Source: an uncultured Gammaproteobacteria bacterium
GTDB lineage: Bacteria > Pseudomonadota > Gammaproteobacteria > Eutrophobiales > Eutrophobiaceae
DNA length: 64,000 nt
NCBI GenBank assembly: GCA_943788005.1
Contig: CALSOP010000002.1
Location: 338,573-402,572, forward strand
Direction of reading: 5' to 3'
Shown here: positions 42,063 through 54,010 of the stretch, piece by piece
Layout: each line of letters opens with the position of its first letter
How positions within the stretch are numbered: the first letter of the stretch is position 1
Translations under genes and position numbers: made by a program
Notes under the pieces: generated by a model
Databases searched by the model: none
Seen by the model: the letters and a program-made list of their open reading frames with translations, nothing else
What the model was told of the DNA's origin: nothing

Positions 42063-42707
42063 CTAACTACCCTGCTCTTTATTGTTTATTTTTACTTCGA
42101 GTTTATTAATCCGTTGAGAAAGCCGATCGGCATCTTCACGAAGGACGTCAACTTCTTTACAAAATTCTTCGACTAATAAATCATCAGGCAACATGCTAGT
42201 CTCAAAACGAAGATACTCACTCATATCCATCGCTAATGTTTTACCCGTATTAGCAGCAAACCGACGGGTACTACGAACAAATTTTCCAAGCTGATAGGCA
42301 GCAGTGTCACCTAGCCATTTTGAGAGAGGTTCTTCAAGATCGATTTCGATATTTTGCATGATCGCTTGAAATCGTTGGGCAAGGCCGATGTCACCCATTA
42401 CTTGCATATCAGTAGGCAAACTAGCATTACCTCGCTTCGATGAGGCTAACATCATTATAAAATTTGTCGGCGAGCCTTTAATTAACACATCGGCTTTATT
42501 GTCATAAGCCGTATTAATTACCAGACCAGTTATCGAAGGAAATAAAAACACAGTCAGGTTTGTATTGCTAAATTCGAACGCAACCACCTTGCCTTCCAGC
42601 TTTGCTAATGCATGCAGCGTATCCTCATCGAGACTTAAGGCTTTATTAACCAGATTTTCTATCTGACTTATCCAGACAGGTGCTGTGTTATCAACAACAG
42701 CACTCAT
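42063..42707 (-). CDS. ubiJ: Ubiquinone biosynthesis accessory factor (SCP2 domain)
   Basis: ubiE-ubiJ-ubiB order; [20 protein letters not shown]-terminal coiled coil. Confidence 0.9.
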   Translation of the reverse strand: MSAVVDNTAPVWISQIENLVNKALSLDEDTLHALAKLEGKVVAFEFSNTNLTVFLFPSITGLVINTAYDNKADVLIKGSPTNFIMMLASSKRGNASLPTDMQVMGDIGLAQRFQAIMQNIEIDLEEPLSKWLGDTAAYQLGKFVRSTRRFAANTGKTLAMDMSEYLRFETSMLPDDLLVEEFCKEVDVLREDADRLSQRINKLEVKINNKEQGS

Positions 42708-43453
42708 AATTTATAACCACGGTGTATAGCAACGACGCCACCAGTGAGATTATGGTATTGGACATTCTCAAAACCAGCCTGCTTCATCATCGATGCCAGT
42801 GACTCTTGATCAGGGTGCATGCGAATTGACTCGACCAAATACTGGTAACTTGCTTCATCATTAGCAACAATTTTACCAAACTGAGGAATCAGCTTGAATG
42901 AGTATTCATCGTAGAGTTTATCCAATACGGGGATCACAACCTTTGAAAATTCAAGAATAACTAATTGGGAACCATATTTAAGCTTGCTGTACATTGAGCG
43001 TAATGCTGCATCTTTATCTGTCACATTACGTAACCCAAAGGCAATGGTCATACAATCAAAGCTATTGTCCTCGAAGGGCAAAGCCTCTGCATTGGCTTGA
43101 ACATAATCAATACCTTTGATGATTCCTTTATCTATGAAACGGTCACGTCCTTGTTGCAACATGTCGCCATTGATATCGCATAATGTCACTCGACCATCAT
43201 CACCCAGTTGCTTATTGATTAGACTGGCAATATCACCCGTCCCACCAGCAAGATCTAACACATGATAGTTTTTCCTGATAGCGCACAAGTGTACCGCCTT
43301 GCGCTTCCATAATCGGTGCACACCAAATGACATAACATCATTCATCAAGTCATATTCTGACGCTACTGAGGTGAAGACATCGGCTACTCGACTCGCCTTC
43401 TCCTTTGTAGCGACTTTTTCAAAACCAAAATCTGTTGTTGATTGCTCAGTCAT
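42704..43453 (-). CDS. ubiE: Ubiquinone/menaquinone C-methyltransferase
   Basis: [43 protein letters not shown]. Confidence 0.97.
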   Translation of the reverse strand: MTEQSTTDFGFEKVATKEKASRVADVFTSVASEYDLMNDVMSFGVHRLWKRKAVHLCAIRKNYHVLDLAGGTGDIASLINKQLGDDGRVTLCDINGDMLQQGRDRFIDKGIIKGIDYVQANAEALPFEDNSFDCMTIAFGLRNVTDKDAALRSMYSKLKYGSQLVILEFSKVVIPVLDKLYDEYSFKLIPQFGKIVANDEASYQYLVESIRMHPDQESLASMMKQAGFENVQYHNLTGGVVAIHRGYKL

Positions 43454-43817
43454 TTAATTGCCGAGTATGTCCAGCCTGTTTTAATGCATCCAGATAATCA
43501 TCCCAGTAATTGTCCTTTGCTTCACCCAGTTCATAAAGGTATTCCCATGTATAAAGACCCGTATTATGTCCGTCATCAAAGACCAACTTAACGGCATAAT
43601 TGCCGACCGGTTCTATCTCTTTTATATTTACGTTTTCTTTACCTACTTGTAAAACTTCTTGTCCTGGCCCATGACCTTTTACATCTGCAGAAGGAGAATA
43701 AACACGTAAATATTCACAAGGTAATTCAAATTTGGCGCCATTATCATATTCTACCTCAAGCACCCGGGATTTTTGATGCAGGTTTATTGAAGAGGGGCTG
43801 TGCTTGGGTTCTGTCAT
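43446..43817 (-). CDS. DUF971 / GBBH-like N-terminal domain protein
   Basis: [41 protein letters not shown]. Confidence 0.9.
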   Translation of the reverse strand: MTEPKHSPSSINLHQKSRVLEVEYDNGAKFELPCEYLRVYSPSADVKGHGPGQEVLQVGKENVNIKEIEPVGNYAVKLVFDDGHNTGLYTWEYLYELGEAKDNYWDDYLDALKQAGHTRQLND

Positions 43818-43862
43818 GATTTCTTCTTTCTATTAGTATAGATTTTAAATTTATTATCCAGG

Positions 43863-45191
43863 TTATAGGATGTAACGACTTAGATCCTCATCCTCTACCA
43901 ATTCATTCAGATTATCATTCACATACTCTGCACCAATTGATATCGATTCGCCATTTTTTTCTGATGCTTCATACGACAATGTCTCAAGTAAACGCTCCAT
44001 TACCGTATGCAAACGACGCGCACCAATATTCTCTGTAGAGTCATTTACCTGGAAGGCAATTTCTGCGATACGCTGTATACCATCATCGGTAAACTCTATG
44101 GTGAATCCTTCCGTCGCCATTAATAATGTATATTGCTCTGTTAATGATGCATCGGGTTCGGTAAGAATCCGTACAAAGTCATCAGCAACCAAAGCACTCA
44201 ACTCGACCCGAATGGGCAAGCGTCCTTGTAACTCAGGTATGAGATCAGAGGGCTTAGCCAGATGAAAGGCACCTGAGGCAATAAATAAAATATGGTCTGT
44301 CTTGACCATGCCATATTTTGTGGTAACTGTACTGCCCTCTACTAGTGGTAATAAATCACGTTGTACACCTTCACGAGAAACATCAGGTCCACTTGTTTCA
44401 GAACGACGTGTCACCTTATCGAGTTCATCCAGGAACACTATGCCGTGTTGTTCAACACTTTCAATTGATCGAGCCTTGATATCATCTTCATTTAATAACT
44501 TTGCTGCTTCTTCTTCGGCTAATAACTTGAGCGCATCTTTTACAAGCAGTTTGCGCGATTGTTTCTTACCTGAACCCATGTTCTGAAACATGCCTTGTAA
44601 TTGACTGGTCATTTCTTCCATGCCCGGCGGAGCCATAATCTCAACACCAACACTGGGTGCCTTTAGCTCAACATCAATTTCCTTATCATCGAACTTCCCT
44701 TCGATAATCATTTGTCTGAATTTTTCACGTGTCGAATTTATACTTGATTCATGATCATCTTCACCCATCATTCGAGCAGGCGGCAATAAAATATCAAGCA
44801 CCCTTTCCATCGCAGCTTTATCAGCCTGATCACGTACTTTTTCCAATTCAATTTCGCGTGTTTGTTTAATCGCAACATCAGCAAGATCTCGGATAATTGA
44901 TTCTACATCACGACCGACATAACCTACTTCGGTAAACTTTGTCGCTTCTATTTTAATGAAGGGCGCTTGCGCTAGTTTGGCAAGTCGTCGAGCAATCTCG
45001 GTCTTACCAACACCAGTAGGACCAATCATTAATATATTCTTGGGTGTAATCTCATTACGTATTGATTCATCAACTTGCGCACGACGCCAGCGATTACGTA
45101 ATGCAATAGCAACTGCACGTTTCGCTGAGTCTTGGCCAATAATATGTTTATTGAGTTCGGCAACAATCGCCTGTGGAGTTAAGTCTGACAT
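43863..45191 (-). CDS. hslU: ATP-dependent protease ATPase subunit
   Basis: [28 protein letters not shown]-terminal DLSRYIL. Confidence 0.97.
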   Translation of the reverse strand: MSDLTPQAIVAELNKHIIGQDSAKRAVAIALRNRWRRAQVDESIRNEITPKNILMIGPTGVGKTEIARRLAKLAQAPFIKIEATKFTEVGYVGRDVESIIRDLADVAIKQTREIELEKVRDQADKAAMERVLDILLPPARMMGEDDHESSINSTREKFRQMIIEGKFDDKEIDVELKAPSVGVEIMAPPGMEEMTSQLQGMFQNMGSGKKQSRKLLVKDALKLLAEEEAAKLLNEDDIKARSIESVEQHGIVFLDELDKVTRRSETSGPDVSREGVQRDLLPLVEGSTVTTKYGMVKTDHILFIASGAFHLAKPSDLIPELQGRLPIRVELSALVADDFVRILTEPDASLTEQYTLLMATEGFTIEFTDDGIQRIAEIAFQVNDSTENIGARRLHTVMERLLETLSYEASEKNGESISIGAEYVNDNLNELVEDEDLSRYIL

Positions 45192-45229
45192 TTTGATTTG
45201 TTTATTTAATATTATTTTTGAATGACTAT

Positions 45230-45763
45230 TTATAATTCTTCGATAGTTAAATTGGAGTTTGTATAGATACAAATATTGGCAGCGATACCTAAACCTTTTT
45301 CAACAATTTCGCGCGCACTCATCTCGGTATTTTCAAACAAGGCTTGTGCAGCAGATTTGGCATAATTACCGCCTGAACCAATTGCCATAATATGGTCTTC
45401 TGGCTCTATTACATCTCCATTACCCGAGATAATCAGCGAAGACGTTTTATCGGCAACACATAGCAGTGCTTCAAGTCGACGTAACATGCGATCTGTACGC
45501 CAGTCTTTTGCCAGTTCTACAGCCGATCGCATCAGATTTCCCTGATGTTTCTGTAATTTGGCCTCAAATCGTTCAAACAGGGTAAACGCATCTGCTGTGC
45601 CGCCGGCAAATCCAGCAATTATTTTTTCGTTATATAAGCGTCGCACCTTACGTGCATTGCCTTTCATGACAGTATCACCCAATGATACCTGACCATCGCC
45701 ACCAATAACGACATGCTCGTCACGACGTACTGATAAGATGGTTGTGCCTCGGTATTGTTCCAC
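45230..45763 (-). CDS. hslV: ATP-dependent protease peptidase subunit
   Basis: GTG start after [13 protein letters not shown] Thr nucleophile, [19 protein letters not shown]. Confidence 0.97.
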   Translation of the reverse strand: MEQYRGTTILSVRRDEHVVIGGDGQVSLGDTVMKGNARKVRRLYNEKIIAGFAGGTADAFTLFERFEAKLQKHQGNLMRSAVELAKDWRTDRMLRRLEALLCVADKTSSLIISGNGDVIEPEDHIMAIGSGGNYAKSAAQALFENTEMSAREIVEKGLGIAANICIYTNSNLTIEEL

Positions 45764-45844
45764 GTTTTTTCTCCTGATATGGGAAGCGGAATTGTACATG
45801 AGCGGCACGCTAATGCCCACGCCCATGGTTATTGCAGGATAACG

Positions 45845-46747
45845 CTATGAGTCCGGTTTCTTGCGATGTGCCCGGGGATGGCTCTTGTCATAAACCTGAG
45901 CCAAATGCTGGAAATCAAGATGAGTATAAACTTGTGTAGTACTTATATCCGCATGACCGAGTAACTCCTGGACAGCGCGTAAATCACCACTGGATTCCAA
46001 CATATGGCTGGCAAATGAATGACGCAACATATGCGGGTGTACATGGTTTGGTAAGCCTTGTTTGATAGCCCATTGTTTTAAACGCTCTTGTACTGACCTG
46101 GGACTAATTCGTTTGCCTCGTTGGCTAATAAACAATGCATTTTCGTTTTCATTAACCAGGGATTGTCTTATTTTGAGCCAGTTTTTGATCGCCTGAATAG
46201 CATGCTGGCCTACGGGAACGCTGCGCATTTTTTTACCCTTACCGATCACGGTCAATATGCGATCACTAAAATCAATATCACCCATATTGATACTTATCAA
46301 TTCAGCAAGACGTAACCCAGATGAATAAATCAACTCCAACATGGCACGGTCACGAATCGACAATCCATCTTGATCATCAATCTCGACGAGTTGAACAGTC
46401 TGATCTGCATCTAAAACATGGGGCAGTTTACGTGGTGTCTTTGGTGCGATAATACCTTCGGCAGGGTTATTTTTTACCTTCGCCTCATCTAGTAAGTAAC
46501 GATAAAAAGATCGAATTGCTGACAGGTTACGCTGCAATGAACGCCCACCAATACCCTCGCGATGCCGAGAAGCAACAAAGCCTCTAACTTGGCGACCATC
46601 AAGATCAGACCATTTATTTATTTTCTGCTTATTACAAAACTCATGCAGATATGCAAGATCACGTTGATAGGCACTGCGGGTATGCTCAGAAAGATGATGT
46701 AAGGTCTTTATAAAAGACTCAAGCAATAACGTCTCGGACGATTGCAT
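45845..46747 (-). CDS. xerC: Tyrosine recombinase XerC
   Basis: YSSGLRLAEL, HPHMLRHSFASH, LLGHADISTTQVYTH; dapF-DUF484-xerC order. Confidence 0.95.
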   Translation of the reverse strand: MQSSETLLLESFIKTLHHLSEHTRSAYQRDLAYLHEFCNKQKINKWSDLDGRQVRGFVASRHREGIGGRSLQRNLSAIRSFYRYLLDEAKVKNNPAEGIIAPKTPRKLPHVLDADQTVQLVEIDDQDGLSIRDRAMLELIYSSGLRLAELISINMGDIDFSDRILTVIGKGKKMRSVPVGQHAIQAIKNWLKIRQSLVNENENALFISQRGKRISPRSVQERLKQWAIKQGLPNHVHPHMLRHSFASHMLESSGDLRAVQELLGHADISTTQVYTHLDFQHLAQVYDKSHPRAHRKKPDS

Positions 46748-46785
46748 AATAAAACTTAATTAATCATTTTTATTTATGCTAAACA

Positions 46786-47493
46786 CTAAACTTGTTCAAC
46801 CCAAGGCTTTAGAATAAAACTTAATACCTCACCCAGGTTAGCAAGTAATTCAACACCCATTCCTGCTTGAAAACGCTCGGCATCGAAACTACCTATAGAA
46901 AGTATTCCACCCCATCCTTGACCATGTAATGGAACCATCACTGAAGATGCAATCTCATCGCCGTCGTCACCAAACAAAAAAACTTGTTGTTGACGTTTCA
47001 TGCGTCCGCTTAATGGCAAACGTTTATCAATAATGCTTTTAAACAAGGATTGTTCTGCTGTTTCACAACCTGCAAATTCATCTGTTGCAAAACTATCTAC
47101 AAAAGAAGGTTTTGCAAATAACCTAACGACGGCACGATCCGCATGAAAATTCTTTTTCAAATTGTCATACAAAGTATTAAAAATATCTTTAGGTTCTTCT
47201 GCATCCATTAGTGTTAATGCCAACTGATGCATGCGCCTAGCGAGTTCTTCATTCTGGCGTGCAATTTCAATTAGTTCATGTAAGCGCTTGCGTGTTTGTT
47301 GGTTTTGTTCACGTAAAACGGAGACTTGTTTTTCAACCAAGGATATAGCTGCACCATGATCATGCGGAATTTTTAGTTCAGATAGAATGTCGGGGTATTT
47401 ATTAAAAAAGTCCGGATTGTCTTTAAGAAACTCGGACACCATACTTTCTGTAAGATTGTTTGATTCCAGGTTTTCTGTTTCCTGTCCACTCAT
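46786..47493 (-). CDS. DUF484 family protein (YigA-like)
   Basis: FLKDNPDFF, IPHDHGAAISLVEKQV; synteny. Confidence 0.9.
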   Translation of the reverse strand: MSGQETENLESNNLTESMVSEFLKDNPDFFNKYPDILSELKIPHDHGAAISLVEKQVSVLREQNQQTRKRLHELIEIARQNEELARRMHQLALTLMDAEEPKDIFNTLYDNLKKNFHADRAVVRLFAKPSFVDSFATDEFAGCETAEQSLFKSIIDKRLPLSGRMKRQQQVFLFGDDGDEIASSVMVPLHGQGWGGILSIGSFDAERFQAGMGVELLANLGEVLSFILKPWVEQV

Positions 47494-48341
47494 AATTCAA
47501 TTTTCCCCTCAAAAACCGTTGTAGCGGGACCTGTCATATAAACTGGTTCGCCTTGCCCTGCCCAGCGTAATGTCAAATGACCACCGCGTAACTCTGCGTC
47601 TATTGTCCCCTCCAAATACCCTTGCTGACAAGCAATAACCATCGCCGCACAGGCGCCACTGCCACAGGCCAGTGTTTCACCCGAGCCACGCTCAAAAACA
47701 CGCAGTTTGAACGCCTGTCGATTCAATATCTCGATAAAACCAACATTGACACTTTCTGGAAATACGCCACTCAGCTGCACCGCAGGACCAATCACATTCA
47801 CCGGCGCCGAATCGACTTCATCGACAATAATAACGGCATGAGGATTCCCTAATGAGACAGCGCCAAAAGTCAGTTCATCGCCACCAAAAGTCTGGTGATT
47901 GCCATCTAAACTCAGTTCATATTCTTCCAGTTGCTCATCGGCTTTTAACGGGATCTTGGCCGGTTCAAACTCAGGCACACCCATATCCACAGTCACACAA
48001 TTATCGGCATCAATTTGTAAAATAAGACGACCTTTGCCCGTCTCGGCAATAATCCTGTCTTTTGTTACCAATGCTTTTTCTCTGAGATAGACGGCGGCAC
48101 AACGAGCACCATTTCCGCATTGCATTACTTCACCACCATCGGCATTGAATATTCGGTAACAAACGTCTGTTTCGTGATTTTTCGGTGGTTCAAGCAACAA
48201 GACCTGATCGCAGCCGATACCAAATTGCCGATCGGCGATATGCCTGACTTGTTCTCGCGAGAGTGTCAGCGGCTGTGTATAGGTATCGAAAACGACAAAA
48301 TCGTTTCCAATACCGTGCATTTTTGTGAATCGATATTCCAT
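47490..48341 (-). CDS. dapF: Diaminopimelate epimerase
   Basis: FTKMHGIGNDF, QCGNGARC, GNPHAV, ERGSGETLACGSGACA. Confidence 0.97.
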   Translation of the reverse strand: MEYRFTKMHGIGNDFVVFDTYTQPLTLSREQVRHIADRQFGIGCDQVLLLEPPKNHETDVCYRIFNADGGEVMQCGNGARCAAVYLREKALVTKDRIIAETGKGRLILQIDADNCVTVDMGVPEFEPAKIPLKADEQLEEYELSLDGNHQTFGGDELTFGAVSLGNPHAVIIVDEVDSAPVNVIGPAVQLSGVFPESVNVGFIEILNRQAFKLRVFERGSGETLACGSGACAAMVIACQQGYLEGTIDAELRGGHLTLRWAGQGEPVYMTGPATTVFEGKIEL

Positions 48342-48394
48342 TTTCGTAGATTACAGTCTATGGATAATCACGCAAGTACGAAGATCGCTAATCT

Positions 48395-49501
48395 TTAACT
48401 CCCTCCCCCATTGGTAACGCTGATACCGTCCGGGATATGCATAGTGGTTGTTGGAAAAGCACACTCTGCGCCATGCGACTCAATGATATCTATGATTTTC
48501 AGCATGACATCTTGTTTGACTTCATGAAACTCGATCCAGTTGACCGTTTTGGTAAAGGTATAAATAAAGAAATTAAGGGAAGATGCGGCAAATTCATTAA
48601 AGTTAACGATTAAGGTCTGGTTATTATCAATATCATCATGCTCTTGCAGCATTTTTTTAACAGCAGCAATAATCTCACGCATCTTGTTTGCATCATCATA
48701 GCGAATACCGATTGTTTCCTTAATACGCCGATTTGTCATTCGTTGTGGGTTTTCAACAGCAATATTGGTAAATACTGAGTTGGGAATATACAAAGGTCGT
48801 TTATCAAACGTGCGTATTGTTGTTAAGCGCCAACCAATCTTTTCAACTGAACCTTCAATTTCCCTGTCTGGTGATCGTATCCAGTCACCTACATCGAATG
48901 GTCGGTCCATATATATGGTTAAACCGCCAAAAAAGTTGGCTAATAAATCTCTAGCGGCAAAACCAATTGCGATACCGCCAATACCACCAAATGCTAATAC
49001 CCCGGAAATGCTATATCCCAATGTTTGCAATATGACCAATGCGCCGGTAATGATGACTGAGACACGTAATAACTTTGCAATAGCATCTGCGGTTGTTTGA
49101 TCAAAGTCCTCGCCTTTTTGTTGTTTCTTTTCCACAAGGATGGTTTCGGAATTTGAGATAAGACGCACTAGAAACCAGACAATGATAACAATAAACCCAA
49201 CTTCTCTAATGGGTTCTATCGCACCAAAGATAGCCGCATCCGTCTGTGTTTTTACGATGCCTGCGGCATAGGTTAAGCCAAGTATCCATATCAATAGCGT
49301 TATTGGCTTTTGGGCAGCGATAAATAAAGCTTGATCCCAATTGGTCCAGGTCTTTTTTAACCTGCTAATCAGTTTCGCGATAGCGCGTTTTTGTATCCAG
49401 TTAATAAATGCTGTCAGGAATACAACAACAAATACCTGAACAATCCAGTTCTCCTGTTTAAGAAAAGATTCCATCATTTGTACTAATTCTGAAAGACTCA
49501 T
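48395..49501 (-). CDS. MscS-family mechanosensitive channel
   Basis: GGIGGIAIGFAARDLLANFFGG, RPFDVGDWI, IPNSVF, AFPT. Confidence 0.92.
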   Translation of the reverse strand: MSLSELVQMMESFLKQENWIVQVFVVVFLTAFINWIQKRAIAKLISRLKKTWTNWDQALFIAAQKPITLLIWILGLTYAAGIVKTQTDAAIFGAIEPIREVGFIVIIVWFLVRLISNSETILVEKKQQKGEDFDQTTADAIAKLLRVSVIITGALVILQTLGYSISGVLAFGGIGGIAIGFAARDLLANFFGGLTIYMDRPFDVGDWIRSPDREIEGSVEKIGWRLTTIRTFDKRPLYIPNSVFTNIAVENPQRMTNRRIKETIGIRYDDANKMREIIAAVKKMLQEHDDIDNNQTLIVNFNEFAASSLNFFIYTFTKTVNWIEFHEVKQDVMLKIIDIIESHGAECAFPTTTMHIPDGISVTNGGGS

Positions 49502-49536
49502 TTAACTATCCTGTAAAAAATATTCATTAACTTTGT

Positions 49537-50469
49537 TTAATAAATTGCGGTGAGGGTATAACCCTGTTGCTCTAATAGAGATAATACACCTTCTTTTCCA
49601 GTAAGATGCATCGCGCCAATAGCAATAAAGGACTTCCCTGTTTCCAGCATCGGTTGCATACGCTCAGCCATAGTCCTATTCCTGTCGAGAATTAATTTTG
49701 TCATTAGTCTCTCATACACAGGTTCCTGGCTCATCGAATAACGCTGTGTGTAATTATATAAACCGCCCAAGTCACGTTTCAAATAAAATGATTTCATCGC
49801 AATGAAATCCTCTTCAATGACATCATAATGACAGACTGTATCCGTCAGCAGTTTAACTTGATCAGGCATTTTTAAATCACTAAATATATCAGCTTGTTCT
49901 TTTAAAGACTCCAACCCGGAAACTGTTGCACCATTCTGTTGCGTCAGAGACAACAGCACCAGATCTAAAGGATCGCCGGCATCTGGCGGATAATTCATTA
50001 GTAAAAAGGCAGCCCAAGGTTTCATAACGGATACCGCATCAGGACCAAGATGATAGGCAGATAAAATTAATTTAGTTTTTTTATAGATGAAGGTGTCGAC
50101 CAACTCTGATAGTTGTTGGCCATCATGAAAAAACATCATCTGTGAAAACAATAACATTTGTTCAGCATCCGGCAAGGCTTCCATGACAAACTGCTCTGAC
50201 TCATTTAATGCCTTATCAACCACATCAGGCAATGTTGTAACATCTTTATCTGAAATATGAATCGTTCCAAACAGATAACTAGGCGCTTTATTATTCTTGC
50301 TGATTTTCCAAAGTAAGCCTTGTGCATAGGGTATAACTTCCGTTTCAAGCTGGCTATCAAGAAGCGGTTCACAATGCGGTGAAATTAAATCTTTTGCTTG
50401 TGTTGTTATTATGCTGAACAAACACAACAGCAAAATAATTATTCTTTGTTTAATTAAATGAATCATCAC
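49537..50469 (-). CDS. TraB/GumN family protein
   Basis: LLWKI..SYLFGTIH, GLES..EQ, LILDRNRTM, FIAIGAMHL; exact start uncertain. Confidence 0.9.
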   Translation of the reverse strand: MMIHLIKQRIIILLLCLFSIITTQAKDLISPHCEPLLDSQLETEVIPYAQGLLWKISKNNKAPSYLFGTIHISDKDVTTLPDVVDKALNESEQFVMEALPDAEQMLLFSQMMFFHDGQQLSELVDTFIYKKTKLILSAYHLGPDAVSVMKPWAAFLLMNYPPDAGDPLDLVLLSLTQQNGATVSGLESLKEQADIFSDLKMPDQVKLLTDTVCHYDVIEEDFIAMKSFYLKRDLGGLYNYTQRYSMSQEPVYERLMTKLILDRNRTMAERMQPMLETGKSFIAIGAMHLTGKEGVLSLLEQQGYTLTAIY

Positions 50470-51517
50470 CCAAATCTAACTCTGGTTCTTTTTCAAGCTG
50501 CGACACAGCTACTGAACGTTGTTGCCATAATTTTGTTTGCTTTAATTCATCCAGACTTTTATCAAAATGACCATGCATTCTGATTAATCGTGATTGCAAT
50601 TCAATACTAGCCGGTATTTCTGCTTCATCCAGAATGGAAATCGCGCCCGCTTGGTCATTACAAGCCAAGACCATATCACAACCTGCATGTAATGCCGCTT
50701 CTGCACGCTGTGGATAATTCCCCATAATCTCCGCCCCTTTCATGCTGAGATCATCGCTAAAGATTGTCCCTTGAAACTCCAACTGTTGCCGTAAGATCTG
50801 TTCTAACCATATGGGAGAAAACCCGGCGGGCTTTTCATCTACTTCAGGATAGATAACATGTGCTGGCATCAAGCCAGGTAAGCCCGCACGTATCATTCTT
50901 TCAAATGGAATAAGATCTTTCATTTGTATATCTTGAAATTGTCGGCGGTCGTAAGGAATCGCAACATGCGAATCTTCAGGCACAGACCCATGACCTGGAA
51001 AATGTTTACCGACTGCCGCCATCCCTGCTTCTTTCATGCCGCGCATATAAGCACGTGCAAGACTTGATACGTGATCGGGATCTGTATGAAAAGCACGATC
51101 ACCTATCACCTGACTAATCTTTCCACCCACATCCAGTACTGGTGCAAAACTAAGATCAACACCCACCGCTAATAACTCAGCCGCCATTAACCAACCTGCT
51201 TGCTCGGCAAGCGACTCAGCTTCTTTAGTAGTATGACAATCAGCCAATAAAGCACATGCCGGTAAACGACTAAAACCTTCTCGAAAACGTTGTACGCGTC
51301 CACCTTCATGATCAACAGCAATCAGTAGGTGTGGTTGACGTAGATCATGAATGCTTTTGCATAAAGCTGTAATCTGTTCTGGTGATTCAAAATTTCTTGT
51401 GAACAAGATCACACCGCCCACATGCGGGTGCAATAACATGTCATGTTCATCGGCCTCAAGTTGAAGACCGCGAAGATCACACATGACGGGACCCAGTGTC
51501 ATTTTATTAATATTCAT
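50450..51517 (-). CDS. nagZ: Beta-N-acetylhexosaminidase (GH3)
   Basis: AVDHEGGRVQR, FAPVLD, KHFPGHGSVPEDSH, SDDLSM. Confidence 0.96.
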   Translation of the reverse strand: MNINKMTLGPVMCDLRGLQLEADEHDMLLHPHVGGVILFTRNFESPEQITALCKSIHDLRQPHLLIAVDHEGGRVQRFREGFSRLPACALLADCHTTKEAESLAEQAGWLMAAELLAVGVDLSFAPVLDVGGKISQVIGDRAFHTDPDHVSSLARAYMRGMKEAGMAAVGKHFPGHGSVPEDSHVAIPYDRRQFQDIQMKDLIPFERMIRAGLPGLMPAHVIYPEVDEKPAGFSPIWLEQILRQQLEFQGTIFSDDLSMKGAEIMGNYPQRAEAALHAGCDMVLACNDQAGAISILDEAEIPASIELQSRLIRMHGHFDKSLDELKQTKLWQQRSVAVSQLEKEPELDLGDDSFN

Positions 51518-51518
51518 T

Positions 51519-52325
51519 TCAGACTTTGCTTATTTCTCTTATATCCATCTTATCTCTGAGGTAATCGCCCAGGAGGTTTATACATAATACCAGTGACAGG
51601 ATAGCAAAACCGGGCGCTAACACCATATGCGGAGCCACCAACATATAACGTGTACCATCTCGAATCATACTGCCCCATGATGCTGATGGGGGTTGTACGC
51701 CTAATCCGAGAAAGGATAATCCCGCTTCAGCAATAACTACACCGGCAAAGGCAAATGTCGCTTCTATAATTATAGGAGCCATAATCAATGGCAAGATATG
51801 TTTCTGGGCGATAATAAAACCTGGAGTGCCCAAGGCATATGCAGCATTAACATGGTCTCTGTTTTTCATACTCAGTGTTTGCACACGCGCCAGTCGGGCG
51901 AACCCGACCCAACTCACTATGGATAAGGCAATAACCGCATTCATTATTCCCGGACCGAGTAGACCCGCCAATGCGATTGCCAATAAGATGCCTGGAAAAG
52001 CAATAAACAAATCTATCACCATTACCAAAGCCTTATCCCAGTACCCGCCTAACCAAGCTCCCATCATACCGATAAAGGTACCTATGATTAATGATATCGA
52101 GACGACAACAATGGCAACACTTAATGAAGTACGAGCGCCCATAATCAGCCGTGCGCTGATTGAACGACCTAGATCATCATGACCAAACCATTGCGTCCAA
52201 TTAGGCGTTAATAATATTTTTTCTAATGATATTTGATCCGGGTGCAAGGGCAATATGGGTCCTAGTAAGGCCAACACAGACCAAGTGATCAAAATTATCA
52301 AGGGAATAGAGTAAATCTTATTCAT
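51519..52325 (-). CDS. Peptide/nickel ABC transporter permease (DppC/OppC-like)
   Basis: GHDDLGRS, EAGLSFLGLG..PPSASWGSMI. Confidence 0.92.
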   Translation of the reverse strand: MNKIYSIPLIILITWSVLALLGPILPLHPDQISLEKILLTPNWTQWFGHDDLGRSISARLIMGARTSLSVAIVVVSISLIIGTFIGMMGAWLGGYWDKALVMVIDLFIAFPGILLAIALAGLLGPGIMNAVIALSIVSWVGFARLARVQTLSMKNRDHVNAAYALGTPGFIIAQKHILPLIMAPIIIEATFAFAGVVIAEAGLSFLGLGVQPPSASWGSMIRDGTRYMLVAPHMVLAPGFAILSLVLCINLLGDYLRDKMDIREISKV

Positions 52326-53248
52326 GACTCAAGCTTCAACCTTGGATCCAATGAGGTATAGGTCACATCGGTCATCAGATTGACCAACACATAGGTAAAG
52401 CTAATCAATAACACACATGCTTGTACAACCGGGTAATCGCGTTTCTGAATAGAATCGATCATCAATTGCCCAATTCCTGGCCAGGAGAATATAGTTTCGG
52501 TTATGACTGCACCGGCAAGCAAGGCACCGAGTTGCATGCCCAAGATAGTAATTACCGGTAATGCGGCATTGCGTAATGCATGCAAAACCAATACGCGAAA
52601 CTCACTCAATCCACGCGCGCGCGCTGCACGGATATAATCTTCTTGTAAAACTTCCAACATTGATGCACGTATCATTCGTGACAAAATGGCTGCCAATGCC
52701 GACCCTAGCGTTAAAGCGGGGAGAATTAATGAAGACAATCCTTCTTTGCCGCTGACAGGAACCCAACCCAGCCAAAGGGCAAAAACCAAGATTAACAAAG
52801 GCCCCATCACAAAATTAGGTACAGAGACGCCGAACATTGCTGACACCATCGCTAACCGATCCCAAATCGAATCTTTATAAACCGCAGCTAGTATCCCTAG
52901 TGGCAATGCCATCACGATGGCAATAAATAAACTGGCAACGCTCAGAATGACAGTAGCAGGCAATCGCTCAAGCAATAATTGGCTCACTGCTTGTTTTGAG
53001 TGTAACGATTCCCCTAGATCAAAACGCGCAATGCCCTTCAGGTATTCCCACCATTGCTGGAAAATTGGCAAGTCCAGTCCGAGTGCATGGCGTAACGCTT
53101 CTCTGTCCGCCGGACGTGCTGTTTCGCCTAACATCACCTCAATTGGATCACCCGGCACAAGATGGATCAATAAAAAAACGAGTGTCGATATGCCGAACAA
53201 AACAAAGACAGCACTTATCAGGCGTTTAATCAGATAGTTCAGAAACAC
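52322..53248 (-). CDS. Peptide/nickel ABC transporter permease (DppB/OppB-like)
   Basis: LVPGDP, DYIRAARARGL, ITETIFSWPGIG, RDYPVVQ. Confidence 0.92.
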   Translation of the reverse strand: MFLNYLIKRLISAVFVLFGISTLVFLLIHLVPGDPIEVMLGETARPADREALRHALGLDLPIFQQWWEYLKGIARFDLGESLHSKQAVSQLLLERLPATVILSVASLFIAIVMALPLGILAAVYKDSIWDRLAMVSAMFGVSVPNFVMGPLLILVFALWLGWVPVSGKEGLSSLILPALTLGSALAAILSRMIRASMLEVLQEDYIRAARARGLSEFRVLVLHALRNAALPVITILGMQLGALLAGAVITETIFSWPGIGQLMIDSIQKRDYPVVQACVLLISFTYVLVNLMTDVTYTSLDPRLKLES

Positions 53249-53343
53249 ACTATTTTATCATTCCAGGTTCAACAATTGACCCATATCAGGCTACAATGAT
53301 CATAACAGCTCATGATGACTTGTATGAGATTCGGGTCAATATT

Positions 53344-53838
53344 ATGTATAAATTTGATAATAATAACGAACAAGAAACGGAATCAAGCAAACCAACAACT
53401 ATGTCTTTAAACGAAACAAGTCAGGATGTCCTCAGCATCGTTGTTCGCATGTGCGGTCTTCTTTTGTTATTTATAGGTTTATGGATAGCAATTCAAATTT
53501 TTAGTGAAGCCCTGGCGCTATATAAAGATCCAGCCAACATTGAACGCATGGCAACAGCTATAGAGACAGGTTCAAACATCGATAAGAGCCTTATTCCAAT
53601 CCGTGACAGTTTACTCGGAGAAGATGAAGCGGGTGCTGATTCTAAAAGTAGACCTGAAATTCAGGCAGATGGTTTTCGTATTTCCTATTTCATCGCCTGG
53701 GTTGTAGATTTACTACTTTTGCTTCTATTAGCACGTATTGCAATCATGGCAATTAAAACTGGTGGAGAACTTGCCTTATATGATGCACAGGTAAAACGAC
53801 TTGCCAGAGAAATTGTTAAAGCGCGTAAAAAAGAATAG
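53344..53838 (+). CDS. Hypothetical membrane protein with two TM segments
   Basis: Open frame with two hydrophobic helices flanking a polar loop; start uncertain (53296/53344/53401). Confidence 0.65.
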   Translation: MYKFDNNNEQETESSKPTTMSLNETSQDVLSIVVRMCGLLLLFIGLWIAIQIFSEALALYKDPANIERMATAIETGSNIDKSLIPIRDSLLGEDEAGADSKSRPEIQADGFRISYFIAWVVDLLLLLLLARIAIMAIKTGGELALYDAQVKRLAREIVKARKKE

Positions 53839-54010
53839 CCATAAACAATTTCTTTATCATAATCCATATCACAGACTAGATTACTTCCTTTGTAGATTAA
53901 CCAGAAAACTTATAAATCAGTTTGCTGCATCAGACCCAGTAATATGTATAACTTTTCCTAGTCTATAGAAACTATAGCCTAAGTGCTTACGAATAAATAT
54001 TTACAGCGAT

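Noticed and set aside
45764..45844. Possible sigma32 promoter for hslVU (CCCATAT on the minus strand)
   Set aside because: No CTTGAA-like -35 at the 13-15 nt spacing; not supportable
45845..46747. Tyrosine recombinase as a possible phage or integron integrase
   Set aside because: dapF-DUF484-xerC-hslVU context and sequence indicate housekeeping XerC; no att sites or cassettes seen
49537..50469. TraB name suggesting conjugation
   Set aside because: TraB/GumN is a metalloprotease-like family unrelated to type IV secretion; no transfer genes nearby
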